From a virus: 64,000 nucleotides of DNA. The DNA lies in the IMG/VR virus record IMGVR_UViG_3300028584_000072, positions 1-64,000 of that record. The stretch is one strand, 5' to 3'. The position numbers were made by a program, and so were the translations under genes. Shown one piece after another: positions 26,954 through 36,929 of this stretch (positions are counted from its first letter, which is position 1; the number at the start of each line of letters is the position of its first letter). Under the pieces are notes generated by a model. It made no database searches and was not told the origin of the DNA. It saw only the letters and a program-made list of their open reading frames with translations.

Positions 26954-28458
26954 TAAATTCTCCTGAATGTAATATTATCAATCAGTAATCTTGGTTTCTC
27001 ATCATGGTCAGCAAGTAAATCAGTAGTAACAAACGATGGGGAAACTTGTGTTAAATCTTTCATTTTAAGACTAACAGATTTCAATCTACTAAATGATACC
27101 GATTGGTACACAATAGCATTCATCAAATTGTTGTTTAAGTAATCACCAATACTTGTTTGGTCAACCACTGAAATCAAAGATGTAATGATTTGTTGCTTTT
27201 CAGCATCACTTAACACACTACCATCTTTAGTTACATAGCCAACTTCTACAGCTACATCAAAGAATGAAGCTCTTGTATATTTAACTACTGTTGAATTACC
27301 TAAACCATTTGTTATTGTTGTACTGTACGTACCGTAGCGTTTAGTATTACCATACCCTTTACGATATATTGTGTCAGCTACTTCTGAATCTTTACCACCC
27401 ATAACAATTACATTATAAGTATAAGGTTCACAGACTAGATTACTACTCACATCGTAAATGAAGTCTTCTGTAGGATTCTCAAATACTTCAACAGAGGAAA
27501 CACCTTCTAGCTTTAACAATGCAGACTTCAATGAATCTGGTGTACCAGCAATTGAGTTGTCTTGTATCGACATTGCCGATAAACGGAATTGAGCATCTGT
27601 CTGTACTTCACTACCGCTATTCAAGTCAACGTAGTTGATAATAGAGCTATATCCAGTGTATGTAGGTGATAAACCAATTAGACCACTAGACGGTAGGGGT
27701 TTGTATCCAGCAACACTAGCTTCAATATCCACAGCATGACCTATAGTACCAGTCTTAGGAAATACATTAACGTATAAACGTTTATTAGGAAATGGTTGTG
27801 GGAGTAATGTAGAAGGGTTATAACCAACAAACAATGTACTATCTGATGTTACGAAAGCTTTAGCTGGAGTATCAACAATGACTTCATTAATGAAGGCAGC
27901 TAACTCATTCATCATTAATAATCTGTCCGAACCAGACAACGCTGTTCTTGTGAATATCTTAGTAGTTGGTGAGTTACTATTGTAAATAGTAAATGTGTGT
28001 GTGACACCAATTGCAATATCCGATGCTGCTATTTTATAACAACTTGCGTAATTGTCAATCACTGTATCACTTAAAGTGGTATATGTAATATTATTCTTAG
28101 CGGAGATTGTAGCACCAGATAATACATTAGTACCTAACGTGACAGTTGCTAGATTAGATTGGATGATGGCTTCACCGCCACCTTTTGTTTTATCTTGACG
28201 ATAAACACCTTGCTTATTCAATACATCATCTAAGTAAACAAATTCAGCACCAGCTAATGTTTGAGAAGATACTACACCTTCAATACCTTGCCAAATTTCA
28301 TCTGCTTCTTCAGCAAACACAGAGATAAATTGGTCTTCAATAGAACCTGTATCTGTATTCCAGTCAGCACCTAGTTTAGTTTTAATGTTGTTCTTCATTG
28401 AAGCAATGATTTCAGGTAATGTTTTTCTAACAAAACCAAACTCAGTAATTCCTGCCAT
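26953..28458 (-). CDS. baseplate J-like protein
   Basis: The size, N-terminus (MAGITEFGFVRKTLPEII...) and position after the gp25/W-like gene fit baseplate J. Confidence 0.55.
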   Translation of the reverse strand: MAGITEFGFVRKTLPEIIASMKNNIKTKLGADWNTDTGSIEDQFISVFAEEADEIWQGIEGVVSSQTLAGAEFVYLDDVLNKQGVYRQDKTKGGGEAIIQSNLATVTLGTNVLSGATISAKNNITYTTLSDTVIDNYASCYKIAASDIAIGVTHTFTIYNSNSPTTKIFTRTALSGSDRLLMMNELAAFINEVIVDTPAKAFVTSDSTLFVGYNPSTLLPQPFPNKRLYVNVFPKTGTIGHAVDIEASVAGYKPLPSSGLIGLSPTYTGYSSIINYVDLNSGSEVQTDAQFRLSAMSIQDNSIAGTPDSLKSALLKLEGVSSVEVFENPTEDFIYDVSSNLVCEPYTYNVIVMGGKDSEVADTIYRKGYGNTKRYGTYSTTITNGLGNSTVVKYTRASFFDVAVEVGYVTKDGSVLSDAEKQQIITSLISVVDQTSIGDYLNNNLMNAIVYQSVSFSRLKSVSLKMKDLTQVSPSFVTTDLLADHDEKPRLLIDNITFRRI

Positions 28459-28470
28459 TTATTTACCTTT

Positions 28471-28995
28471 CTATGTTGGCAACCATTCATACGGAGGTTG
28501 TAACGCCTCTGGCATATCCTCATGTACAATAGGGTGAATGTCTAAAACCCACTGACCTATATCATACAAAGGTGTAATATTGTTTGCTATGTACTCATAG
28601 CTCTCATCTTCCCAAGCATAGGTAGATGGATTGTTTAATGGTAAATTACCTTTACGAGATTTAACTTCAAAGGAAACACTATACCCTCTTACAGTTCTAT
28701 CCATTGTACTTTTAAAGTATTCAATACTTAATACATCAGGATCTTCTTTGATTGCGGCTATATACACCGCATCAATATCGCGTTGTGTAAAACCTTTACC
28801 TATGATTGCTTTACCATCACCTGTATCACGATAAGGGATGCCGAATGATGTATCTAAGAACCATTCACCTTTGTAAGCTTTTAATTTTATTTGTATACGT
28901 TGTTTGACGAGTTCTTGATATGTGACTAGACGTAACATTTTACCGCTACTGTCAACTTCAATATCTCCAAAATCGTCTAGCTTAAATCCAGCCAT
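28471..28995 (-). CDS. baseplate wedge protein (gpW/gp25/XkdS-like)
   Basis: QELVKQRIQIKLKAYKGEWFLDTSFGIPY motif. Confidence 0.5.
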   Translation of the reverse strand: MAGFKLDDFGDIEVDSSGKMLRLVTYQELVKQRIQIKLKAYKGEWFLDTSFGIPYRDTGDGKAIIGKGFTQRDIDAVYIAAIKEDPDVLSIEYFKSTMDRTVRGYSVSFEVKSRKGNLPLNNPSTYAWEDESYEYIANNITPLYDIGQWVLDIHPIVHEDMPEALQPPYEWLPT

Positions 28996-29003
28996 GATAT
29001 TTC

Positions 29004-29681
29004 CTATGGAGTTGTTGTGTCTATGATTAAGCCATAGTTTTGTAATTGCGTAAGAAGTAAAGCTAAAGCCGCATTACCAGATCTGCTACCAGACACTATA
29101 GGAAGCTCTACAGGCTCTTTACCGTTGAACCCTACCTTACCCGTTACTTTAGTATTTGGAGCGTCTATCGTTGCACTGGAAGCGTTTAATTGGTATTCTT
29201 GAGTGTCAATGTACACACCATCTTCTTTCACAACAATCTTAGTAGACTTATTGGCTATTACAATATTATCTGGATCTGTTTCTAAACCATCAGCATCTGT
29301 TACAAACGAAGGGATACAGAAACAGTCAGATAAGTCATGAGTAACGGTTGTACTAATATCTACCGTCCCTAAGTTCATGAGAGAGGATACATCACGTTCA
29401 GATACTACAGCCCATACCTTATCACCAACTTTATAAGGAAGGCTTATAAACACACCTCCAGCATTTACAGAGATGTGTTGAATTCTAACTTCAGGGATTT
29501 CAGGGTAAGGAATGATTTGACCAGTTGGTCTGCGAGTGGATACTAGAGGTTGTATGTCAACTACACCTGAACGTACAATACGAGTGATTACTGCGGGGAA
29601 TGATGTATGCACAAAGTCTCTTAGACGTTTATCAAAATGTGCATCCATTAAATCTTTTTGTGTGATTGTTGATGTAGACAT
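29004..29681 (-). CDS. baseplate hub/spike-like protein (gpV/Mu gp45-like)
   Basis: Called from position in the baseplate module. The start at 29681 (TAATG coupling, GGGAGA RBS) is preferred over 29693. Confidence 0.45.
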   Translation of the reverse strand: MSTSTITQKDLMDAHFDKRLRDFVHTSFPAVITRIVRSGVVDIQPLVSTRRPTGQIIPYPEIPEVRIQHISVNAGGVFISLPYKVGDKVWAVVSERDVSSLMNLGTVDISTTVTHDLSDCFCIPSFVTDADGLETDPDNIVIANKSTKIVVKEDGVYIDTQEYQLNASSATIDAPNTKVTGKVGFNGKEPVELPIVSGSRSGNAALALLLTQLQNYGLIIDTTTP

Positions 29682-30658
29682 TATTTCTCCCATCCATCTA
29701 CAGGCTTTAATCCTAATGAAGAACTCCAGTCAGAACCTTCATATGTACCTTGATGTGTGACAGATTCAATTTCGTAAACACCTGTATGATATTTACTTTT
29801 CAATTTTACTTTAGCACCAATAGTGTAAGCACCGTTCAACGTTGTTGTCACTGTAACATTCTGTCTATTACCAGATGATTGTTCTGATTGACCACTATCG
29901 GCAGTCTCAACACTTGGCGCACCAATCATATTCATATCTGAGTTAATTTCAAATGCTTTAGCGTATGATACATTTATTAAATCATTAGGTGCAGCATTAA
30001 TCAAACCGTCTTCAATCCAAACTCTCATATTGTTTTCTTTAGCAAACTTTCTAAGGAACTCAATAGTCGAACCTGTATATACGATAGGTTTTTTATTAAC
30101 TTCGGTCATCGGTGTAGGGAAAGATATTGTACCTTCTGGTAACTTCATATCTTTTACAAACTGCATGAATATATCAGATAACTTAGTTCCGGCACGATAA
30201 GCTTTAGCTGAATAAGCTTCTTGAATAGCGTTAGTACCAGAAGCACAAGTAAGGGAAGTCTTTCTTGTATTACCATCAAAGGTATCTACAACTAATATAA
30301 CTTCACCAGCAAATATGATAGGAAGTTCTTTATCTGTTTCATATCCAGCTTTCAGTAAGATATTTGGTTTCTTACCATTGTTCTGTTCTAAGAACTTTCT
30401 TACTGTATCTGAAATATTGTAAATTGTTATGTTAGTGTCACTCGAAGCATCTTTACCTTTAGTAACACTGAAGGACATATTGTGATTAGCTAGTTTGACA
30501 ATACCATTAGTATTCTGTTCTAAGTACCTATTGGTTCCTGTACGATAATCTGGACTACCAGCTAATTCATCAGTGACAGGAACAATAGGGTTTACTTCAT
30601 AGAAAGATACTGGTTGACCAAACTCTAATACATATTTATGAATAAATTGTTCAGCCAT
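29681..30658 (-). CDS. tail/baseplate hub protein (P2 gpD / XkdQ-like)
   Basis: 325 aa with C-terminal ..YHTGVYEIESVTHQGTYEGSDWSSSL, typical of late-control-D-like proteins. Confidence 0.5.
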   Translation of the reverse strand: MAEQFIHKYVLEFGQPVSFYEVNPIVPVTDELAGSPDYRTGTNRYLEQNTNGIVKLANHNMSFSVTKGKDASSDTNITIYNISDTVRKFLEQNNGKKPNILLKAGYETDKELPIIFAGEVILVVDTFDGNTRKTSLTCASGTNAIQEAYSAKAYRAGTKLSDIFMQFVKDMKLPEGTISFPTPMTEVNKKPIVYTGSTIEFLRKFAKENNMRVWIEDGLINAAPNDLINVSYAKAFEINSDMNMIGAPSVETADSGQSEQSSGNRQNVTVTTTLNGAYTIGAKVKLKSKYHTGVYEIESVTHQGTYEGSDWSSSLGLKPVDGWEK

Positions 30659-30667
30659 AAAAGTATC

Positions 30668-31090
30668 TTATAATCTTGTTGAGGATTTTGTGAATCTAAT
30701 ATCATCTTCGACATCAATAGTGATATTCAAATCGTCTGATGTCAAACTATTAGCGATTGCGGAGTTGTAGGTATCTTCACTAATGTAATATAGTTGCCAT
30801 CTTCCTGATGACCAACCATTTCTAGTTACTCTACCATAACTTTTCATAGTGTCAAGAACTATTAATGCACCTTTAGGAGAAACTTCTAAAGCTCTATGAG
30901 CTTTAAGTAAGTCTGTCATTGTGGTGATTTTGGTTTTGAATAGAAAGTCTTGGTTTTGTTTACCTAAAGAAAGATACCATGCTTCATCACGAGGATTCCA
31001 TTGTAGTAACATATCATACGCTACATTGTCCAATATTGCAGTGAATAATACATTTGGACTATCTGGTATAGATAATCTAAAAACTTCCAT
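30668..31090 (-). CDS. tail module protein (140 aa), function unknown
   Basis: ORF track. Coupled within the tail operon. Confidence 0.5.
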   Translation of the reverse strand: MEVFRLSIPDSPNVLFTAILDNVAYDMLLQWNPRDEAWYLSLGKQNQDFLFKTKITTMTDLLKAHRALEVSPKGALIVLDTMKSYGRVTRNGWSSGRWQLYYISEDTYNSAIANSLTSDDLNITIDVEDDIRFTKSSTRL

Positions 31091-31710
31091 TATTCACCTG
31101 CCTTAGACTTGAGGGCATTGTCAAGTGCATCCGTATCCCCTGTAGTGCCAAATATAAATGTATCTTTAACAATGGTTCTCTCTGTTGAAGATTTACCACC
31201 ATTACTTGTAGAGCTACTGGTATCTTTTTTACCATCGACAACTCTTGTAGCTGATAACAGATTAACAGTCTCAGTGGTTGCTTTGCGTATCTGCACTATA
31301 GATATATCGAAGTATAAACTGTTAGATGACTCTGGATTGGCGGGGATAGATAGACTCTCCACGACACAATCATAATACGTGTCATACTTACTAACTAACG
31401 TGAAGGTTAGTCGTTCATCACGAAGTTTACGGAGGAAAGAGTACGCTTGAGGAATACGATCTGCTGTACGAGTGAGGGTGTCAGCTTGGAAATCATTAAT
31501 ACCATATTGACCAAAGATACCAGATACAGTGAAACGGTTATTTTTTAGCTGTACATGATCGGAGAATGACACGCCAGTTTCAACAGGATGTTCTGTAACG
31601 CTGTTGGAGAAGTCATGAGAAATACTCACAGTGCAATCTGCAAAGTATTTCTCACCAGCAATCTCACTCACGCCAGCTTTGAATTTATTAGCGACGATGA
31701 ATGTAATCAT
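31090..31710 (-). CDS. tail module protein (206 aa), function unknown
   Basis: ORF track. ATGA/TAATG-type coupling to the tape-measure exon 2 stop. Confidence 0.5.
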   Translation of the reverse strand: MITFIVANKFKAGVSEIAGEKYFADCTVSISHDFSNSVTEHPVETGVSFSDHVQLKNNRFTVSGIFGQYGINDFQADTLTRTADRIPQAYSFLRKLRDERLTFTLVSKYDTYYDCVVESLSIPANPESSNSLYFDISIVQIRKATTETVNLLSATRVVDGKKDTSSSTSNGGKSSTERTIVKDTFIFGTTGDTDALDNALKSKAGE

Positions 31711-32649
31711 TATTGACTTGTCTCCATTTGGTTGACGGCGTTGGTCGAGAGGGTTCTGTTGTCAACTGCGGCTGAAATAACTTTACTGAATTCACCGTCC
31801 TTGACTGTAACCGTTACATTAACTGGCTCTGTTGAACTAAAAGGATTCACTGCTCTAACAGCACGTTGCCATTGGTTCCCGAAAGAGCTAAAACCCTCCC
31901 TGTTGAAACCTACTTTACCCCCTAGAGTATCCGCACCAGTACCTAACAGAGAATCCTTACCTTTTAAAAAACCGTAGGTATCTTCAATTGCTAAAGGTAT
32001 TAATGCGAACCTTGCCATGTTCCGCATTAAGGCAATGAGTGTTACGTTAGCGCCACCTATGACATTTTGCAGTAGCTTGAATTTAGTAGCCAATATTGCT
32101 AATGTCCCCCCAGCACCTATGACAGCCCACATCTTACCACCAAGACCGAATGTGTCGGCACCTAATGCCCCCCATAACGTAGAGATGACATCTGTCAATA
32201 TTTCAAGAGGCGTTAATGCCAGTTTAATAGCACCTGTAAGTATGGAAATGGCCCCTTTAAATATACCGCCTAAAGCTTTAGCTAAAGGTTTTAATGTTTC
32301 GATGGAATCTGTAAATTTCTCAAACATATAAGAAAGTCCAGAGTCCATTCCACCCTTGAACATTTCCACTTTACCTTCGTCAAGTACGTTGAAGAATCGA
32401 GTCATCTCTGCTCTTGTTTTACCAAGCACAGCGCCCAGTGCCCCACCTTCCCTCGACATCCTTTTCATTTCTTCAGCAAACTTAGGTAAAACACCCTTCG
32501 ATTTAACTGAACCAGATTCTACGGCTTTAAAGAATGCGGTAATATCATCACCGTACCCTGCTGCACGAGACATAGCATCTACGCTGCCCCCTAGTGCCTC
32601 ACCCAGCTGCCCCGTAAGCTCCTCTTTATAGATTTGCCCTTTAGATGCC
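31710..32649 (-). CDS. tape measure protein, exon 2
   Basis: It starts (G)GCA TCT AAA GGG = ..ASKGQIYKEELTGQLGEALGG. Joined to exon 1 it gives ALQQ-M-ASKGQIYKEEL. C-terminal Gly-rich TM-like segments are typical of TMPs. Confidence 0.7.
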
Positions 32650-33547
32650 CATTTGTTCAAACTGAGTCGTTAATTCAGTCCCGCTTTATTTAAGCTGCTA
32701 TATGTTTCCATATAAGTTCAGACTATATCTTCACCCTCCAGTTAAGGAGGGGTTCCACGTTTCGAGCCACTTGGCTCTACTCCCCTTGGGGATAGTCGTT
32801 GGGAAGAATATCAGGGTATAACACAGTAATGTGTTTCCAAGTGGCACGATACCGAATTTTAGAAACTTGCTTCTGAGTGAGTCCCATACGTTTAGCTATG
32901 GATGCACTCGATGGTGGCTTCTTGCCAACATGTTCTACGAAATATATTCTACAAACTTCGTGAACTTGTTCTTCGGTCATACTGCACATACCATGATTAG
33001 TTCCAAACAAGATAAGGACTAAACCATCTCGCCTAGCATCTTCTAGGTTAGATAAGTTGGTTCCGTATTCAAGATTGGTATAATGGTTGTTTGTTTTATC
33101 GTTATCTTTGTGTTTAACGACAACAGTTTCACCATTGTAATCTTCGGTAGTGTAATCTAAGTGTGCCGGAAGTTCTACAAAACAGTCAGCTACCGCTCTG
33201 TGGACTTTCCTTGTAAACCTCTTACCTTTTAAACAGTATTGGAAATAAACGTAACCATCTTTGTTTATCCTGCAATACCATCTTGTCATTGTTTTTGAAT
33301 TAAATAGCTTACCGCATTGAGATACCAGAATCTTTTGGTATTCAGGCCAAGGTTTTAATTCACCCTCATAATCGTTCTGCTGATTGCCCATTTCTCCCTC
33401 CTATACTAAAAGGAAAGATCATATCACCAACTTTTCAAACTGTCAAGCTTATCGTCACCGATTACTTTGTAGTGTGGGATCTTTAGGATGTTCCAGCATA
33501 TAATGGAATTTTTCACTACACATTACTGTATAGGCAGACAACATTCT
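32650..33547 (-). mobile_element. group I intron (898 nt) with internal HNH homing-endonuclease ORF
   Basis: P1 pairs exon GCAGAU with intron GUCUGC (U:G at the splice site). P10 pairs AUGUU with the 3' exon GGCAU. The terminal base is G. It has GAAGAUAUAGUC (32721-32732), a J8/7-P7-like core, and a GAAA-capped hairpin. The junction restores the frame (1995 nt). Confidence 0.7.
32777..33391 (-). CDS. intron-encoded HNH homing endonuclease (HNH_3 type)
   Basis: KDGYVYFQ...KVHRAVADCF...VKHKDNDKTNNHYTNLEYGT. It has its own RBS GGAGGGAG inside the intron. Confidence 0.75.
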   Translation of the reverse strand: MGNQQNDYEGELKPWPEYQKILVSQCGKLFNSKTMTRWYCRINKDGYVYFQYCLKGKRFTRKVHRAVADCFVELPAHLDYTTEDYNGETVVVKHKDNDKTNNHYTNLEYGTNLSNLEDARRDGLVLILFGTNHGMCSMTEEQVHEVCRIYFVEHVGKKPPSSASIAKRMGLTQKQVSKIRYRATWKHITVLYPDILPNDYPQGE

Positions 33548-34602
33548 ATCTGCTGCAACGCACGAAACGCACGTTGATAATCTTCTTTTGATGCGCCAAG
33601 AACTGTAGCATATTCACTTACACCAGTAAACAAACTACGTTGCTGGTCTTTAGTTAGTGATGTCTTAGTTGCTATACTAAACTTAGTAAATTCTTTAGTC
33701 GCTGAACGTAAGTCAACACCTAACCTCATTGCTTCATCACGAATGAAACTCATGTGTTCAGCCACACCCGCATCATCTTTAGCAAACACTCTAGCTGATG
33801 CAGATAAACCCTCAAATTCCATCGCAGTGGTGGAAATATTCTGCACAACACTAAACGCCGTATAAGCAGCAGTTAATTGTACAAGCTCATTACGTAATGA
33901 TCTAAATGATACAGCATTAGCTCTAGTTACTCTGTCAGAGTTAACCATTTCATTCTTTGTTTCATTTAGGCGTTGTCTAAATGTTTCAAGAGCGCGAGGT
34001 TGGGTAGGGTCAATAACTCTTAATGCTTCTTCCTTAGCAGCACCAAGGCGACTTTGCATTTCATTACGTTCCGCTTGACCTATACTTCTTTGAGTGAAGT
34101 ATTGTCTCAGTTGACTCTCTTTAATCTTGTAAAAGTTATCAACACCAGCTTCAAAGTCTGTTCTATTTCTCTTAGCTCTAGCAGTTTGTTTAGCTTGCTG
34201 TGCATCATGCTTATCTTTTTGTTTAATAAGATTAGCGGCTGCTCTGTCCTCATCCCTTAACATCTGAGCAAACATTGTTCTACTTGCTGGACTAGATAAA
34301 GCTGTTGCTGGAAATAAATGAGCAAGTCTACCGCTCATGTCAGCATTTTTATTTGAAGTTCTTACATTACCACTATACTTCTGTGTAGCTGCTGCTACTT
34401 TCTTTTCAGCATTTACTGTAGCATTAGCTACTTTATTTATTTGTTGAACGACAGCATTAACTTTAATGGACTTATCCATACCTGTCATCTGTCGTTTGAT
34501 TGAAGTAAGTTTAGACTGGAATAACGCTAAGTTGTCCCATGATTTCTTATCAATGTTAAATCGGACTTTCCCGACTACACTACCGACTACGTTTTCTGCC
34601 AC
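33548..34602 (-). CDS. tape measure protein, exon 1
   Basis: GTG start, long alpha-helical sequence, ending ..QRAFRALQQ(M). The in-frame run-on into the intron stops after 8 codons. Confidence 0.7.
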
Positions 34603-34630
34603 GAGTTACCTACCTTTAGATTTTGGCTAG

Positions 34631-34903
34631 TTATTTTCTTTGCCTCTCAGCTTGTTTATTCATATCCACCTCTATCATGTTCATAGCATCTAAGTAATCA
34701 TTTATTTTAAGAAGGTATTCTAAGTCTTGTGATTCTAAAGACATGGCAGTTTCACCGCCTTCCTTTACTGCTCTCATAAACAACATATCTATGGGAGTCA
34801 ACATCGAATACTTCTCAATGTGAGCGATAACCCGCTTACTGGGTTTTATGCCAGTTGATGCAGTGGAATCATCATTGAAAACAACTGACTGAACCCCTTT
34901 CCC
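34631..34903 (-). CDS. tail assembly chaperone, -1 frameshift extension (GT-like product)
   Basis: The -1 frame is open from the slippery site to 34631. It has no start or RBS of its own. Confidence 0.6.
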   Translation of the reverse strand, partial: GKGVQSVVFNDDSTASTGIKPSKRVIAHIEKYSMLTPIDMLFMRAVKEGGETAMSLESQDLEYLLKINDYLDAMNMIEVDMNKQAERQRK

Positions 34904-35271
34904 TCGATTAAGCACCCATAGTGTTGTTTCAACACGAGAGATGTTAACTGAAGAAGTTCATCAATATTTTCTAAATCGGTTTCAATATTTAATGCTTTGT
35001 CTGAACTCTTAGACCATACGTCTTGTAGTATCAGTGAAAATAATTCTGTGATGTCTTGTTCTTCAAGTTGTTCAAATAACATGAACATAGCTTGAGGGAT
35101 AGCTGATTGGATATTTTCACCACCAGCGATAAGGAAAGAGATAGGTACGGCGAATGCTTTACCAATCTTAGGAAGGTTCTTAGCAGCTTTCATTGGCGAC
35201 CAAGAAGCAGAGATGTAGGCTTTACCACCTACATTGAAGATTTCTTTTTTACGTTCTAAATTTGTTGTCAT
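34846..35271 (-). CDS. tail assembly chaperone (G-like)
   Basis: Located between the tube and tape-measure genes. It contains GGGAAAG near its 3' end. Confidence 0.65.
   Translation of the reverse strand: MTTNLERKKEIFNVGGKAYISASWSPMKAAKNLPKIGKAFAVPISFLIAGGENIQSAIPQAMFMLFEQLEEQDITELFSLILQDVWSKSSDKALNIETDLENIDELLQLTSLVLKQHYGCLIEGKGFSQLFSMMIPLHQLA
34897..34903 (-). other. -1 programmed ribosomal frameshift slippery heptamer G_GGA_AAG
   Basis: The heptamer is in the zero frame of 34846..35271. It is the same sequence used by the lambda G/GT pair. Confidence 0.65.
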
Positions 35272-35314
35272 GTTTATTTACTCTGTTGATGTGTCATGCT
35301 GTTTATACTAAAAC

Positions 35315-35336
35315 TATGCCACATCCTTGTGGCATA
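35315..35336 (-). terminator. stem-loop/attenuator after tail tube gene
   Basis: TATGCCAC-N6-GTGGCATA hairpin followed by a U-rich tract on the - strand. Confidence 0.4.
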
Positions 35337-35352
35337 CATGACAAACTTTATG

Positions 35353-35847
35353 TTAGAATGATGGTAAATTAATACCAAGGATGTTACCAAGATTCTTAGC
35401 AGCAGCCCAAGACTCGTTAGTCTTAGGTAATACATCAGCTAAGTGCAGAACCCATTGTAACTCACCAGTTTCTTGAGCGATAGATACACTAGGTACTTGC
35501 TCTAACCAACATGTAGTTTCAATAGACAAACCTGATGGATCGCGGAAACTAAATGGTGCAATTGGTAATACAGTTGAACTAAAACCATTCTGATAACTTT
35601 CAGCCCAAGTATACAGAACTTTGTTGAACGGACTAGTATGTTGCAGAGGGATTGTAGCAGTACCGTCACGCATTGGATTGATGTTAACAGTCATGTCACG
35701 ACCATCTAAACCACGAGTGGTACTAGTTGTTTGGTCTGCTTTACTGAACTCAATCATTGAACCTTCAGCCCAACCGTATACTTCTTCACCACCAATAGTG
35801 ATAGTAATTTTACGTGGGTCATATACCCAAGTATGATTAGAAGCCAT
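35353..35847 (-). CDS. tail tube protein (DUF3277-like)
   Basis: YDPRKITITIGGEEVYGWAEGSMIEF...GLDGRD...TATIPLQHTSPFNKVL pattern. Follows the sheath gene. Confidence 0.6.
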   Translation of the reverse strand: MASNHTWVYDPRKITITIGGEEVYGWAEGSMIEFSKADQTTSTTRGLDGRDMTVNINPMRDGTATIPLQHTSPFNKVLYTWAESYQNGFSSTVLPIAPFSFRDPSGLSIETTCWLEQVPSVSIAQETGELQWVLHLADVLPKTNESWAAAKNLGNILGINLPSF

Positions 35848-35858
35848 TAATTATCTCC

Positions 35859-36929
35859 TTATACTGTTACGTATGCACGTACAATAACTTTATGTACAGC
35901 ACTAGAATATGGAACTTCAACAACAAGATTTGGAAGAACACGATTCATACGATCCGCTTCTAAAATCTCACTACGTTCTGGTGTACGTACAATAGCTTCA
36001 CTATCTAAAGAGATAGCACCGTTAGCACGACCAACTTCAATTACCCGACGGCAAGCCTGACGGATCTTAGAGAAACCAGCTTCATCGTATGATACCTTAC
36101 GACCTAAATCAGATTCACGTTTCAGTAAACCGTATAGTTCTTCAGATACACGAGCTTTCAACCAATCTGCAAATACGATAGTATCAAAGAATTGACCTGA
36201 AGCTACTTTAGAATTGAACACTGAATTTACACCAGCGATAGGCATGTAGTAAGCTACGTTCTTAGCTTCACATGAACTACGTTGAGTAGCGTTTAAGCTG
36301 TCAACAGTAACACCTACCATTGTCTTATCTTCTAATGTAGAAGTACCAGCAGAGATAGCAGCCATAGCACCTACAACACCACCTTCAGCATAGCTAGAGT
36401 CAGCCGTTGCATTGTAGATAGTTAGTACGTGATTGTACGAAGCATCTTGCAATGTACTACCGATGTCAGTAGTAGTTGCTGGAACTAACACACCAGCTTG
36501 TTGTGTAGCATGTACATACATCTTATCCAATGATTCAGAGAATGCAGCTAAAGCAGCTACGTTCACATCAGAGTGAGAACTACAACCAACATAATAAGCT
36601 GTGTCATCAACATTAAATAAATCAGTTAATGCTTGTACTGGAGTTTTTACTGTAGCAACACCAGTGCTACCGAATTTAACTACATATAGTTTGTTAGCTC
36701 GGAAATTACCGCCGAATACTAAACTAGCATACTTGTACGCTGTTGAAGTAGTTAAGAAACCATCAGTGACCATTTCTTTTACTGAGGTATAAATTTTATA
36801 ATCTTGTGCAAATGCAGCGTCAGTCAACTCAGCAGCAAATACTGCACTGTCAAATGATGCTGTTGTTAAAGGTTGTGTGCCTAATGACACAACAACGTCG
36901 ATACGACTTTCGATAGGAACGTCAGCCAT
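35859..36929 (-). CDS. tail sheath-like protein (DUF3383-like)
   Basis: 356 aa, immediately upstream of the tube gene. The N-terminal pattern resembles DUF3383 structural proteins. Confidence 0.5.
   Translation of the reverse strand: MADVPIESRIDVVVSLGTQPLTTASFDSAVFAAELTDAAFAQDYKIYTSVKEMVTDGFLTTSTAYKYASLVFGGNFRANKLYVVKFGSTGVATVKTPVQALTDLFNVDDTAYYVGCSSHSDVNVAALAAFSESLDKMYVHATQQAGVLVPATTTDIGSTLQDASYNHVLTIYNATADSSYAEGGVVGAMAAISAGTSTLEDKTMVGVTVDSLNATQRSSCEAKNVAYYMPIAGVNSVFNSKVASGQFFDTIVFADWLKARVSEELYGLLKRESDLGRKVSYDEAGFSKIRQACRRVIEVGRANGAISLDSEAIVRTPERSEILEADRMNRVLPNLVVEVPYSSAVHKVIVRAYVTV

Noticed and set aside
31732-32631. I considered antisense ORFs inside long genes. Examples are 31732..31977, 32017..32331 and 32356..32631. 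Others are 15371..15709, 15728..15946, 10396..10770, 41773..42279, 165..440 and 23307..23982.
   Set aside because: All lie fully within longer ORFs that have recognisable phage protein features and operon-consistent orientation. Their sequences are low-complexity mirror images with no RBS.
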